In this document: in pieces, positions 28,630 to 41,391 of the stretch
Layout of the letters: each line of letters begins with the position of its first letter
How positions within the stretch are numbered: position 1 is the first letter of the stretch
Assembly: GCA_051453625.1 (NCBI GenBank)
Contig: JBOZIK010000001.1
Location: forward strand, 34,715,539-34,779,538
From: Welwitschia mirabilis
Taxonomy: Eukaryota
Length of the DNA: 64,000 nt
Direction: 5' to 3'
The notes under the pieces: generated by a model
What the model was told of the DNA's origin: nothing
Database searches by the model: none
The model's input: the letters and a program-made list of their open reading frames with translations, nothing else
Translations under genes and position numbers: made by a program

Positions 28630-29650
28630 TTATGGCATCTAAGAAATTAGGATTAACTAATAAGAAAAAGAGTCAGACTCGTAAGAGTGAACTCCTTTAT
28701 AAAAAGAACAACAATGAAGAGTTTATTAATGAATGGTACCACGAGGAAAATCTATAAACATAACTAGAACCAAGCACAAGGTCCAAATAAATAGGCTAAT
28801 GATAATAGCTTATTTAAATACTCTATACATGGAGAAGAACCATCCAAAATAGGCAATATGCAAATAGAGCTCTCAATCAACCTAATTTGACTACCATATA
28901 GAAAGATATTAATGACCTAAAACAAGATCTCCATAATAAAAAAAGGTATTTAGAATCTAGTTTCAATGATGCTGTCATTCACCCCTCTGTCCCTTATAAA
29001 ATCCTCATACCAAAAGAAATATCATAAAAGATTTTATTATGCATGTCATAAATTTCAAATGCATGTGCCATATGTACGATGTTGACTGCAACATCACATA
29101 TCATTTGTTCTATTACTTGCTAAAGAAACAAGAACTTCAGTGGTATCACTGCATATCTGCTCACTCTGTTACAGGCTTGAATCAACTTTTAGAAATGTTG
29201 CCTAATATTATTCAATCAACATCAAAAAGAGGATGAGTTTAAATACTCTTACCACCATGTGATAACAGTCAAATGAGATTATGCAAGAGTACACATGTCA
29301 ATAGATAGTTATCATACTATAGTTGAAGACTTTCATTATGAAGTTAGACATAGCATATCTTTTTGCCAAGTCATGCATTTCATATATATCTAAATATCTG
29401 AGAATGCAATGTTTCAAGAATTTCAAATAAGTTATTACTTGTTCAAGAAGATAAAAGTTGTAGGAGAAGAGAAAGAAGTCATAAAATATGGCAACATGTC
29501 CCACAGGGAACTATCCAAAAAGGACAAAAATAATGCTAAAGGCAGTAACTCAAAGGACATTACTATCATTAATCAACAAATTCAATTAACTTACCCATCC
29601 AAATGAATGAAAAATTAAATGATCATGCTAATAATTCTTTAAGTTTCTTT
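28630..29650 (+). pseudogene. Tat/Ogre-type gypsy gag fragment
   Basis: MHVINFKCMC..YHLFYYLLKKQELQWYHCISAHSV, then YSINIKKRMSLNTLTTM**QSNEIMQEY, which fits the retrotransposon gag pattern LF..SL...AL.WY..LP..S...Q..NE...Y. The lineage call is tentative. Confidence 0.65.
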
Positions 29651-31008
29651 TGACATGATCAAGAACCTTAGAGGGGGGTGAATAGGTTCTTTCAAAAATT
29701 CAACTATTAATCTAAAATAAAACTATTTGAAATATAACTTGCATATGAAAATAAATTAGTCCACGATGGGCATAATATAATAGAAGATTAAAAGTAAAAA
29801 ATCAAAAATAAAAATTAAAAGCTACCAATTTGATGAAAGATAGATTTATAGTGGTTTAAAAACTCCCCTACTCTACTCTCAGTGATCAGCTTCTCTAAAG
29901 CTGGATCTGAGATCTCTGTTATTCCACTAGGTATTCCACGTTTACCTGTAACCTTTACAAGCAGACTTTTATAGGCTAAATCTCAACCTTCACAATGGAC
30001 TTTTTAAGGCTTATATTTAACCTATAACATGGACTTTTCAAGGATTAGTCTCAACCTCTAAAAAACAATGGTAGTAATGTAGTGATGTCTTAATAGCATA
30101 GATATCACTCATTCAGAAAACAGTACAATAGATGGAGCTCTCCTATAGTAGAAATATACCAATATAGCTCTAGATATAATAAAATATGAAATATAATGTA
30201 AATGGTAGATATTCTCTTATCAATAATGTGGAAGCCAAGATACAACAATGTCAATGCACAACTTGATCTTTCAGACCCAAAATGATTTAACTGAGTATTA
30301 ATGTTTTCAAAAGATTTTTTGGTCATCTATATCTTAGCTATTTATAATGGAATGTTATTAGGATTTATTACAATTGAATTGCACCTCCAATAATTCTAAA
30401 TAGTTAGAAAATGACTTTCTAGTAGCTAGATAATGGATACATAATGTTTAGAAAAATTTCTTTTCCATGTCATCTAGTCAACCCCATAGACGTATGGTGG
30501 AACTCATATGGTGTGATGAATTACACAAGTTACCTGAGAGAAGTATTCAGTTATTCTAGATTTTTAAGTCTCCATGTCTGATCGACCTCATTTAGCTCTA
30601 GTCGAACCTAATCTGGTTGAATCCATCCTGGTCTAGTCGATCCCTTATCTCTTAGTCCAAGAATATTATCTGTTAGATTCTTAAATATGGTTAACCTTAT
30701 AAAAATTCAGTTGATCCCTTGCCATTTGGTTTAAGGACACTGATTCTTTAAGTTATAGGTTTTATTAACCCCATCAAAATCCATTCCACCCTCTAGATCA
30801 GTCCATTTTCCTTGAACAGCTTTAGGTGCAGTCGATCCCTTTAGGATTTGGTCAATCCCTCTAGAGGGTGAATTAACTAATAGGTTTTTGGTGCATATGT
30901 TAGTTTCATCTTTCAACCTACAAAATCAAACTTTTCTGCATAAAATATACAACATTTGCTATATAATAGACATTAGTTTGACATTAATTAGCAAAATATA
31001 ATATAACA
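29651..31008 (-). repeat. Sirevirus LTR (3' LTR of copy S1)
   Basis: Runs from TGACATGATCAAGAACCTTAGAGGGGGGTGAATAG to ATAACA, followed by the reverse-complement PPT atcttccccttt. Confidence 0.9.
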
Positions 31009-31735
31009 ATCTTCCCCTTTGATATTGATGAAAAACAAATAAGTGATTTTAAGATCAAAAAATTTTAATCTTTTTCATCAAGTAAATTTAAATCATATTA
31101 ACATAATAAAAACTCCCCCTTTCACAAAGCCATATAAACAACATTAGGCAAAGGGCATATCTAAAAAATTTCTAAAACATACCATTTGTAGTTGATGCAA
31201 ATATTTAAGAACACTACATTTTATCCCTATTTGAAATTAATGGAAAAGAAATACAAAGCTTAAATATGGCCAAAAATATTAAATTTTCTCCTCCTAACAT
31301 TATGCCATAGTAATAATCCAATTTTGAGATAAGTTAGGGTGTTTTGAACAAACATTATTTTGTGCTTTTAAATGTAACCAATTTAATTATGTACAATTTT
31401 AGAAAATAAAAAGGCATAATGATAATCATAATGTGATCAAGGACACTTATTTAATTTGATAACAAAAATATTTCGGTTCAATTTGAGATGTTATAATAAT
31501 TTAATATTTCTTAAACAAGCACATATAATATCAAACTACCAAATCAGATATATCAAATGATATAAAGATTATGCTAAAATAGCTAACTAAATTGCATTAA
31601 GAGTAAAGCATTACAAGTTTAACATGTAAGGATTACAAAGAAAATAAGTACTCATCAAGAGCATACAAATGAACTTTAACAAATAAGCATAACTAACTCT
31701 GCTCTTTTTGAATTAAAGACAAAGGAGAGAACACT
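31009..31735 (-). other. Sirevirus 3' UTR with multiple PPT-like tracts and an inverted repeat
   Basis: cttccccttt (31011), ctcccccttt (31113), decayed copies near 31223 and 31287, and the imperfect IR ctctgctcttttt...aaaggagag near 31697-31730. Confidence 0.7.
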
Positions 31736-31762
31736 AAAAACATAATTGAAAAATAAAAGATT

Positions 31763-32807
31763 TTAATCTAACTCCTCTTCTTCTTCTTCTTCTTATTACT
31801 CTTTAGATTCTTCATCTGAATCTTCCTCATTTCCTTCAGTGTGAGCAAAGCCGATAGCCTCAACTAAGGTATCCGCAATGTTATATCTGGCTACAATGAG
31901 GGCTTTTTTCATGTGTCTCATGCGGGAGTAAATCTGTCTTAGATATGAAAGAGTCTCATCAGGAGATGCTTCGTTTAGAGTAGTAGAAGGTTATTTTTTG
32001 AAGGGGAAAAAGATATGCATATGAGACAAATTCGCACGCCGAATGCATGACATAGCTAAAGGGTTTCCAACTTAATATAAAGATTAACATGAAAATGGTG
32101 ACAATTCTAGTGATAAGCACAGAGTAGGGTAAAAACCTAGTTCTGTGGTACTCCAGTTATAAGGCCATATTCTTCAGTATTACCATAGGATCATTAATGA
32201 AATACTTAGTTTTTACGAAATACATCAAATAGGCTTGATAGCAAGAGGCCTCATCATAATGGGCAGCTAAATGTAGAAATTTATACATGAAAACAAAATG
32301 AAGAAAATGACATTTTGGAGTTAATAAAGAAGTAGATAAAGTATTCTTCCAAGAGTACATCCTACTACAAAGCTCCTTAATAATCATAGGCTTATCTTCC
32401 ATGGTGTCTCTAAGAGGTGAAAATTCCTCATAGTCTTCACTTAGAAGATTAGTTAGCTGAGAGATGAGGTTTGCTATTACTCTCATCCTCTTACCTAAGA
32501 TAATAGTTTTAAGAGTCATAAAATCACAATTAAAAGAGGCATTACAACAAAACATCCCAGTAATAAAAGAATAAGCTATACATGAAACATCTAAGAAATG
32601 GTCAAGATCTTATTCTCTTAAGAGTTGAATGACTTCTCTGAGTTTCCTAAGCTCTGATGTAGCTATAGACCACTCCTAGTATATAGCTTTTTTCTTAAAC
32701 TTTTCAATGAACTTCTCAACATCTTATTCTGATATTACTTGGTTGAAGTAGGATGGTTCTCTTAAAAGAGCTTTCTTTTCTCTTCTTATAGAAGAACTTT
32801 CAGCCAT
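31763..32807 (-). pseudogene. Extra ('env-like') ORF of S1, about 345 codons with an acidic C-terminal tail
   Basis: MAESSSIRREKKALLREPSYF...LLTPKCHFLHFVFMYKFL...FLPYSVLITRIV...EEDSDEESKE**EEEEEELD*. Confidence 0.8.
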
Positions 32808-33315
32808 TCTAAGACCCTTACTAACAAAAAGACTAAGAAAAACATTAGATCTAGAAGAAAAAGATCTAGATCTTAAAATAAAATCAGTAGATCTTAGAGT
32901 TAGAGAGGGCTAGAACATAATGGAATCAAGTTAAGATTTTATCTCTTTTATAGACTGAAGGAAATAAGATAAAATGAAGAAAGAAACCAGGTCCGCTAAC
33001 TATACTTCTATACTATAATCCATCAGGTCTGGTTAACTACTCAAAGTCCCGATTAGCTCATCAAGATACAGGTCTACAGTACTAGAAGAGGTCTAGGTGA
33101 CTAAGCTCTTAGAATAGTCAACTGACCATATTTGGTTGACCCAATTTATGATTTGGTTGGCTGCCTTGTCATTAGCTAAGGAACAGTGACATAACCCTCA
33201 GATCATTTTTATGATTATCAGATTAATTATAGATACTAGGTGTTTTATCAGAATTTACAAAATAACATTCAGTTTCATCAAAATTTATCCTAATATTTTG
33301 GTTAACATAGAAGAT

Positions 33316-36206
33316 TTAATCAAATGATTTAATATCTAATCTATACATATTATCCATATATTTTGCTAAAAAAATAGAAGCATTCATTTTCTCATCTACA
33401 ATAGTACATTTCAAATTTTTCAAAAATTATTCTATGCTCTTTATCATAAAGTTGATTTAAACTTAATAAATTGTATTTCAAACTATTNNNNNNNNNNNNN
33501 NNNNNNNNNNNNNNNNNNNNNNNNNNNNNNNNNNNNNNNNNNNNNNNNNNNNNNNNNNNNNNNNNNNNNNNNNNNNNNNNNNNNNNNNNNNNNNNNNNNN
33601 NNNNNNNNNNNNNNNNNNNNNNNNNNNNNNNNNNNNNNNNNNNNNNNNNNNNNNNNNNNNNNNNNNNNNNNNNNNNNNNNNNNNNNNNNNNNNNNNNNNN
33701 NNNNNNNNNNNNNNNNNNNNNNNNNNNNNNNNNNNNNNNNNNNNNNNNNNNNNNNNNNNNNNNNNNNNNNNNNNNNNNNNNNNNNNNNNNNNNNNNNNNN
33801 NNNNNNNNNNNNNNNNNNNNNNNNNNNNNNNNNNNNNNNNNNNNNNNNNNNNNNNNNNNNNNNNNNNNNNNNNNNNNNNNNNNNNNNNNNNNNNNNNNNN
33901 NNNNNNNNNNNNNNNNNNNNNNNNNNNNNNNNNNNNNNNNNNNNNNNNNNNNNNNNNNNNNNNNNNNNNNNNNNNNNNNNNNNNNNNNNNNNNNNNNNNN
34001 NNNNNNNNNNNNNNNNNNNNNNNNNNNNNNNNNNNNNNNNNNNNNNNNNNNNNNNNNNNNNNNNNNNNNNNNNNNNNNNNNNNNNNNNNNNNNNNNNNNN
34101 NNNNNNNNNNNNNNNNNNNNNNNNNNNNNNNNNNNNNNNNNNNNNNNNNNNNNNNNNNNNNNNNNNNNNNNNNNNNNNNNNNNNNNNNNNNNNNNNNNNN
34201 NNNNNNNNNNNNNNNNNNNNNNNNNNNNNNNNNNNNNNNNNNNNNNNNNNNNNNNNNNNNNNNNNNNNNNNNNNNNNNNNNNNNNNNNNNNNNNNNNNNN
34301 NNNNNNNNNNNNNNNNNNNNNNNAAACTTAATAAATTGTATTTCAAACTATTAAGATAAAGCACATTATCAATTTTAGGTGACATACCTTCCTTGATGCA
34401 TCTTGTACCTTTCACTTTTACTATTTCATTGTTTTCAAAGATGACTTATCCTCTATTTATGCTTTTCAAGTATTAAAAACTTAATTTATCTCTTAACATA
34501 TGTCTTGAATAACTAATATCTAGATACCAACTGTTCTTGAATAGTCCTCTAAAATCTATCTGTGTCAAAAAAACTTTGAATATTATTAGCTTTAACCCAC
34601 TTAGTCTTATTTGACTTAGGTGGTATGTTTTTCTTAGAAACAAACTTAAAATGTAATATGTTTACATTTTTAGAGAAAAGCATTAGTTGTCTAAATTTTC
34701 AAAAAGGTTTAGAATGACTAAATTTACAATAAAAATTATACAAAAGTTAGGTACATACTTACTTATCTGGTTTACCTATTTCTGTGATTTTTTTGTAGTA
34801 AACCCAATACCTAGTTTGCCTCCAGTAGACTTTTATACTTTAAGCATATGTTTCAATTTAGAAGAGTTACTAGAAAATTTATTTACAAAAAAGAAAAGAT
34901 CTTTAACCTAAGAAGTTATCTTGATGTTGTCAAATTTGAGCACATTATATTTCTCTTTCACTTCCTCGTTGTCTTTTGTAATAATCTTTACTATTTTATT
35001 TAACTTATTTATTCTCTTTTCTATCTTTTTACACTATTTATATAACTCTTGACATGTGTCTTCTAGCTCATTTTATCTTTTATTAATCATATCCAAATCA
35101 TCGTGCATTGATGTGCTTAGCACCATTTTAAGTGATGGCCCAAAAGCCATGAAAGAAAATCTTCTATCTCTGTTTGACCCATGATCTAAATAGTTTTCCT
35201 CACCTTCATCATCTTTATTATTTTAAGTAGCCATAATAATGGGTTTTTTAAGTTTTTATTATCTCTCTTAGTGTTAGAACACTCATTAGCCAAATGTTCA
35301 AATGCTTTGCATGAGTAGTATTGGATTTTTCCCCTTTTTTGCTTCTTTCTTTATTTTAAATTACTTCTCCTTGAATTTCTACTTAATTTCTCTTTCTTTT
35401 TTCTTGTGAAGAAACATTTTAAATTTTCTAGCTAGAAGAGCCACTTCATCATCATCGAGTTCTTTATCTGATATGTTAGATTTATAGTCTTCTTACATAC
35501 ATTTTAAAATAATACTTTTTCTTCTATCTTTAACAAACTTAAGCTCATAGATTTGTAGATTACCTTGAAGTTCTTTCAATGCCATTGCATTGATGTTTTT
35601 GCTTTCTGTGATGGCTGTGACCTTAGGTTTGAATCTTTTAAGTAAGGATATCAAGACTTTAGTTACTGCTTTTCCTTCATCCATGCATTCTCCGAGGCTT
35701 TCCATTAAGTTCATGATATTTGTAAATCTAGAAAAAAATTCTTGCAAAGTTTCTTCTTCATCCATATGAATATCTTTAAATTTAGAAATGAGCACCTAAG
35801 TTTGACTTATTTAATAGTTGAAGTTTCTTTATGTGCCACTTTAAAAATATCTTNNNNNNNNNNNNNNNNNNNNNNNNNNNNNNNNNNNNNNNNNNNNNNN
35901 NNNNNNNNNNNNNNNNNNNNNNNNNNNNNNNNNNNNNNNNNNNNNNNNNNNNNTTGAAGTTTCTTTATGTGCCACTTTAAAAATATCTTAAGCTTCCTTA
36001 GCATGATTACAATTTACTATTTATTTAAATTCATCTATACAAACTATACAAAAATTTTCATTAAGAGCATGGACATCAATGATGGCTTCTGCCTTATATG
36101 TGGCTGTCCATTAGTCTTGAAATTTTAGAATTAGAATAGTATTATCATCTGCATTAGTTTTGGCTATCATATGCACAGTATGACATTTTTAAATAACTTC
36201 TTCTAT
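33316..36206 (-). pseudogene. gag-protease of S1 (N-terminus lost in the gap)
   Basis: EETLQEFFSRF..VTKVLISLLKRFKPKVTAITESKN (copia gag), IQYYSCKAFEHLANEC (zinc knuckle), WYLDISYSRHM (protease), NVLYLNSLKYNLLS. Confidence 0.88.
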
Positions 36207-36926
36207 NNNNNNNNNNNNNNNNNNNNNNNNNNNNNNNNNNNNNNNNNNNNNNNNNNNNNNNNNNNNNNNNNNNNNNNNNNNNNNNNNNNNNNNNNNNNNN
36301 NNNNNNNNNNNNNNNNNNNNNNNNNNNNNNNNNNNNNNNNNNNNNNNNNNNNNNNNNNNNNNNNNNNNNNNNNNNNNNNNNNNNNNNNNNNNNNNNNNNN
36401 NNNNNNNNNNNNNNNNNNNNNNNNNNNNNNNCATGGTTAAGAATTAATAATTACTCAATTATAAAGTAAAAAATAAATTATAGTAGTTTTCTAGATATTA
36501 GACACATAATAAGATTCTTAATATTTAACTTAAACTATCTTGAAATTCTAGAAATATTATTTCTAAAATTATCATTTAAGATTAAAACTATCAAATTTTC
36601 TAAAATTATAATCCTATTACACTTTACTAAAATGACTATAACGTTTAGACTACTTTGCATTTTCAAATGATTCAAGATGTTTTAGAAAGTTTGTTTAATT
36701 TCTTACAACTTAGAATTCTCAAGTTTATAGATATATTAACAAATAGGTATAAATACTTGCTTATAATTTTCTACATTTATTTTTAAATGTATTTTAATAA
36801 ATAGTTTTTCTTAAAAGTCATTAGCCATAAGAAAAATTATTATTTTACATTTTTACATTTATAATAAATCCTAGAATTATAGAAAACATTTCACTAATTT
36901 ATATCTACTAATTAATAAGATATAGT

Positions 36927-38055
36927 TAATAGGATCGAGAACCTTAGGAAGGGGGGATGAATAGGTTCTTTAAAAAACTCAATAAGTAATCTAAAATAAA
37001 ACTATTTGAAATACAACTTGCATATGAAAATAAATTAATCTAGGATGTGCATAATGTAATAGAATATTAAAAGTAAAGAATCAAAAACAAAAAGCATAAA
37101 CTATCTATTTGATATAAGACAAATTTATAATGGTTTAAGAACTTTCTTACTTCACTCTTAATGATCAGCTTCTCCTATGTTGGATCTTAGATCTCTATTA
37201 CTCTTTTTCTTGTGAAGAAACTTTCTAAGTCATCTAGTTAGAAGAGCCTCTTCATCATCATCTAGTTCTTCATCTAATATGTCAGATCTATAGTCTTTTT
37301 ACACACATTTTAAAACAATACTTTTTCTTCTATTTTTAACAAACTTAAGCTCATAGGATTTCAAATTACCTTGAAGTTCTTCCAATGCCATTGCATTGAT
37401 GTTTTTACTTTCTTCAATGGCTATGACCTTAGGTTTGAATCTTTTGGGTAGGGATCTCAAGACTTTCCTTACCACTTCTCCTTTCTCCATGCATTCTCTT
37501 AGGCTTGCCATTGAGTTCATGATATCTATAAGTCTAGAAAAAATTTTTTGCAAATTTTCTTCTTCATTCATAGGAATATTTTTAAATTTAGAAATGAGCA
37601 CCTAAAGTTTGATTATTTAATAGTTAATATTCCTTCATATGCCACTTTAAAAATATCCCAAGCTTTCTTAGCATGGTTATAGTTTACTATTTATTTAAAT
37701 TCATCTGCACAAACTACAAAAAAATTTGCATTAAGAACATGGACATCAATGGTGGCTTTTTCCTTGTCTGTGGTTGTCCATTGGTCTCAAGATTTGAGAA
37801 TTAGAATAGTATTATCATTTGCATCAATTTGAGCTATTATAGACATAGTATAACTTTTATAAATGATTTCCTCTATGTTGGCATCTAGGGATCTAAGAAA
37901 TAGTTTCATCTAATCTTTCCAATAGACCTATTTTGATCCATCGAATATAGGTGGATGACCGGTTAAAAATCCATTAGAAGAATACTTATTTTTAGGGTTA
38001 TAAAGTTAATATTAATTAAAATCTATTGAAGACTCAACTTAGCTCTAATACCCAA
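36927..38055 (-). repeat. Tandem unit 1: PBS, 5' gag fragment and terminal ~277 bp of the LTR
   Basis: LTR end at 36927-37203 fused to gag at 37204-37989, with PBS near 38042-38053. Confidence 0.88.
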
Positions 38056-39182
38056 TGATAAGATCAACAATCTTAGGAAGGGATGAATAGATTATTTTAA
38101 AAACTTAATGATTAATATAAAATAAGACTATTTAAAATACAACTTGGATATAAAAATAAATTAATCTAGGATGTGCATAATATAATAGAATATTAAAAGT
38201 AAAGAATCAAAATCAAAAAGCATAAACTACCCATTTGATATAAGCTATATTTATAGTGGTTTGAGAACTTCCTTACTTCACTCTCAATGTTCAACTTCTT
38301 TCAAGCTGGATCTCAGATTTCTGTTACTCTTTTTCCTGTGAAGAAACTTTCTAAATCATCTAGCTAGAAGAGCCACTTTATCATCATCAAGTTCTTCATC
38401 TAATATGTTAGATCTATAGTCTTCCTACACATATTTTAAAATAATACTTTTTGTTTTATCTTTAATAGACTTAAGCTCATAGATTTGTAGATTACCTTGT
38501 AGTTATTCTAATGCCATTGCATTGATGTTTTTACTTTATTTGATGGCTGTGACCTTAGGTTTCAATCTCTTGGATAGAGATCTCAAGACTTTTCTTACCA
38601 CTGTTCTTTCCTTCATGCATTCTCTGAGGATTGCCATTAAGTTCATGATATCTGTATGTCTAAAAAAAAACTCCTGCAAAGTTTCTTCTTCATCTATATG
38701 AATATTGTTAAATTTAGAAATAAGCACCTAAAGTTTGGCTTATTTAACAGTTGAGGTTTTATCATATGCCACTTTAAGAAATCCCAAGTGTCCTTATCAT
38801 GGTTATAGTTCACTATTTATTTGAATTTATCTACATAAACTAAATAAAAAATTTCATTATGAGCATGGGCATCGACGATGGCTTTTTCCTTATCTTTGGT
38901 TGTCCATTGGTCTTAAGATTTAAGAATTAGAATATTATTACCATTTGCATCAGTTTAGGCTATTATAGGCATAGTATGACCTTTGTAAATGACTTCCTCT
39001 ATGTTGGCCTCTAGGGATCTAAGAAATAGTTTTATCCTAACTTTGCAATAAGCAAAGTTTAATCCATCAAATATAGGTGGATGACTGGTTGAAAATCCAT
39101 TAGAAGGGTTACTCATTTTTAGGGTTATAAAGTCAAGATTGGTTAAAATATATTAAGGACTTAACTTAACTCTGATATAAAA
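38056..39182 (-). repeat. Tandem unit 2: PBS, 5' gag fragment and terminal ~274 bp of the LTR
   Basis: LTR end at 38056-38329 fused to gag at 38330-39116 at the same junction as unit 1, with PBS near 39169-39180. Confidence 0.88.
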
Positions 39183-40667
39183 TGATAGTATCGAGAACCT
39201 TAAAGGAGGGATGAATAGATTCTTTCAAAAACTTAATGATTAATCTAAAATAAAACTATTTGAAATACAAGTTACATATGAAAATAAATTAATTTAGGAT
39301 GTGCACAATATAATAAAATATTAAAATTAAATAATAAAAAACAAAAAGCATAAACTACCCATTTGATATAAGACAGATTTATAGTGGTTCAAGAACTCCT
39401 TTACTCCACTCTCAATGATCAACTTTTTTCAAGTTGGATCTTGAATCTCTGTTACTTTACCAGATATTCCAAGTTTACCTATAACCTTTACGAGTGGACT
39501 CTTCTAAACTAAGTCTCAACCTTCAAAATGAAACTTTTAAGGCTTAGTTTCAACCTATAGCATAAACTTTTTAAAACTTAATCTCAACCTCTAGAAAATA
39601 ATGGTAGTGGTGTAGTGATGTCTCAATAGCACAGATATCACTCATTAAAAAATTAGTATAATAGACAAAGCTCTTATCCAATATAAATACATCAATGTAT
39701 CTCTAGATCTGAGAAAGAAGGAAGTATGAATGCTAATAATACATCTCCTCCTGTTAGCATTGTGGAAGCTAAGATACGATAATGTAGATTCACAGCTTGA
39801 TCTTTTAGATCTAAAATGATTTAGTCAAGTGATAATGATTCTAAAAGATTTCTTGATCATCTATGTCTTAACTATTTATAATGGAAGGTTATTAGGGTTC
39901 ATTACAATTGAATTACACCTCCAACAACTATAAACAGCTAGAAAATAGCTATCTAATAGCTGGATAATGAATACATAATGTTTAGAAAAATTTCTTTTTT
40001 CTGTCATTTGGTCGACCCTATAAAAGTATGATCGACATCATGTGGTACTATGAATTACATAGGTTGCCTAAGAGAAATATTCAGTTACCTCATATTTTCA
40101 CCTCTTCATATTTGGACAAATCCATTTAGATACAGGCGATCCCAATCTGATCGACATGTCCTGGATTTGGTGAATTACATAGGTTGTCTAAGAGAAATAT
40201 TCAGTTACCTTATATTTTCACCTCTCCATATCTAGACGACCCCATTTAGATACAGGTGATCCCAATCTGATCGACATGTCCTGGGTTTGGTCGATTCCTT
40301 ATCTCTCGGTCTGGGAATATTATCTGTCAGGTCTTCAAATCTGGTTTACCCCATGAAAATCTAGTTGATTTCTTATCATTTGATTTGGAAACACTGATTC
40401 TCCAATTTATAGGTTCAATCAACCCCATCAGAATTTAATTGCTCCCTCTGGATATAGTTCATTTTTCTTTGACAGCTTCAAGTGCAGTTGACTCCTTTAG
40501 AATCTAGTTAATCCCTCTGGAAGGTGAACCAACTAAACAAGTTTTTGGTGCATATTTTAGTCCCATCTTTTAACCTATAGAAACTCAAACTCTTCTTCAC
40601 AAAATATAGAACANNNNNNNNNNNNNNNNNNNNNNNNNNNNNNNNNNNNNNNNNNNNNNNNNNNNCA
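39183..40667 (-). repeat. Middle Sirevirus LTR, with a PPT on one side and a PBS on the other
   Basis: Colinear with 29651-31008 and 45047-46389. Reverse-complement PPT at 40668-40680 and PBS at about 39169-39180. Internal 120-bp duplication at 40051-40290. Confidence 0.88.
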
Positions 40668-41391
40668 ATCTTTTCCTTTAACATTGATGGCAAAATAATA
40701 AGTGATTTCAAGATTAAAAAAATTTAAGCTCTTTCACTAAGCAAATTTAAAGCATATTAACATAATAAAAACTTCCCCTTTCATAAAGCCATATAAACAA
40801 GATTCTAAAATAAATCATTTTTAGTTGATGCAAATATTTGAAAATACTACATTTTCTTCCCCTTTTAAATCAATGGCAAAGAAATATAAACCTTAAATAT
40901 GTATCTATAAATATCAAATTTTATCCCCTAACATTATGACATAGTAATAATTCAAGTTTGAGACAAGTTAGAATGTTTTGAAGAAATAATATTTTATGCT
41001 TTTAAATGTAATAAATTTAATTATGCATAATTTTAGAAATTAAAAAGGAATAATGATAATCATAATGTGATCAAGGATAGTTATTTAATTAGATAATACT
41101 TGGTTCAATTTGAGATGTTATAATAATTTAAGATTTCTTAAATAAGCACATATAATATCACACTACCAAATGAGATATACCAAATTATACAAATATTATG
41201 CTAAAATAGATAACTAAATTGCATTAAGAGTAAAACATTACAAGTTTAACATGTAAGAACTACAAAGAAAATAAGTACTTATCAAGAGCATACAAATGAA
41301 CTTTAAAAAATAATCACAACTAACTCTTCTCTTTATGATACTAAAGGCAAAAGAGAGAATACCAAAAAAATAATTTGAAAAACAAAAGATT

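Noticed and set aside
33488..34323. Gap in S1 that could hide the missing pol domains
   Set aside because: It is too short, its flanks overlap, and the gap-free copy S2 shows the same pol-less structure.
37195..37215. gag-to-LTR junction as a spliced, retro-copied transcript
   Set aside because: The intact gag has no GT donor at the breakpoint, and the LTR has no AG acceptor at the join.
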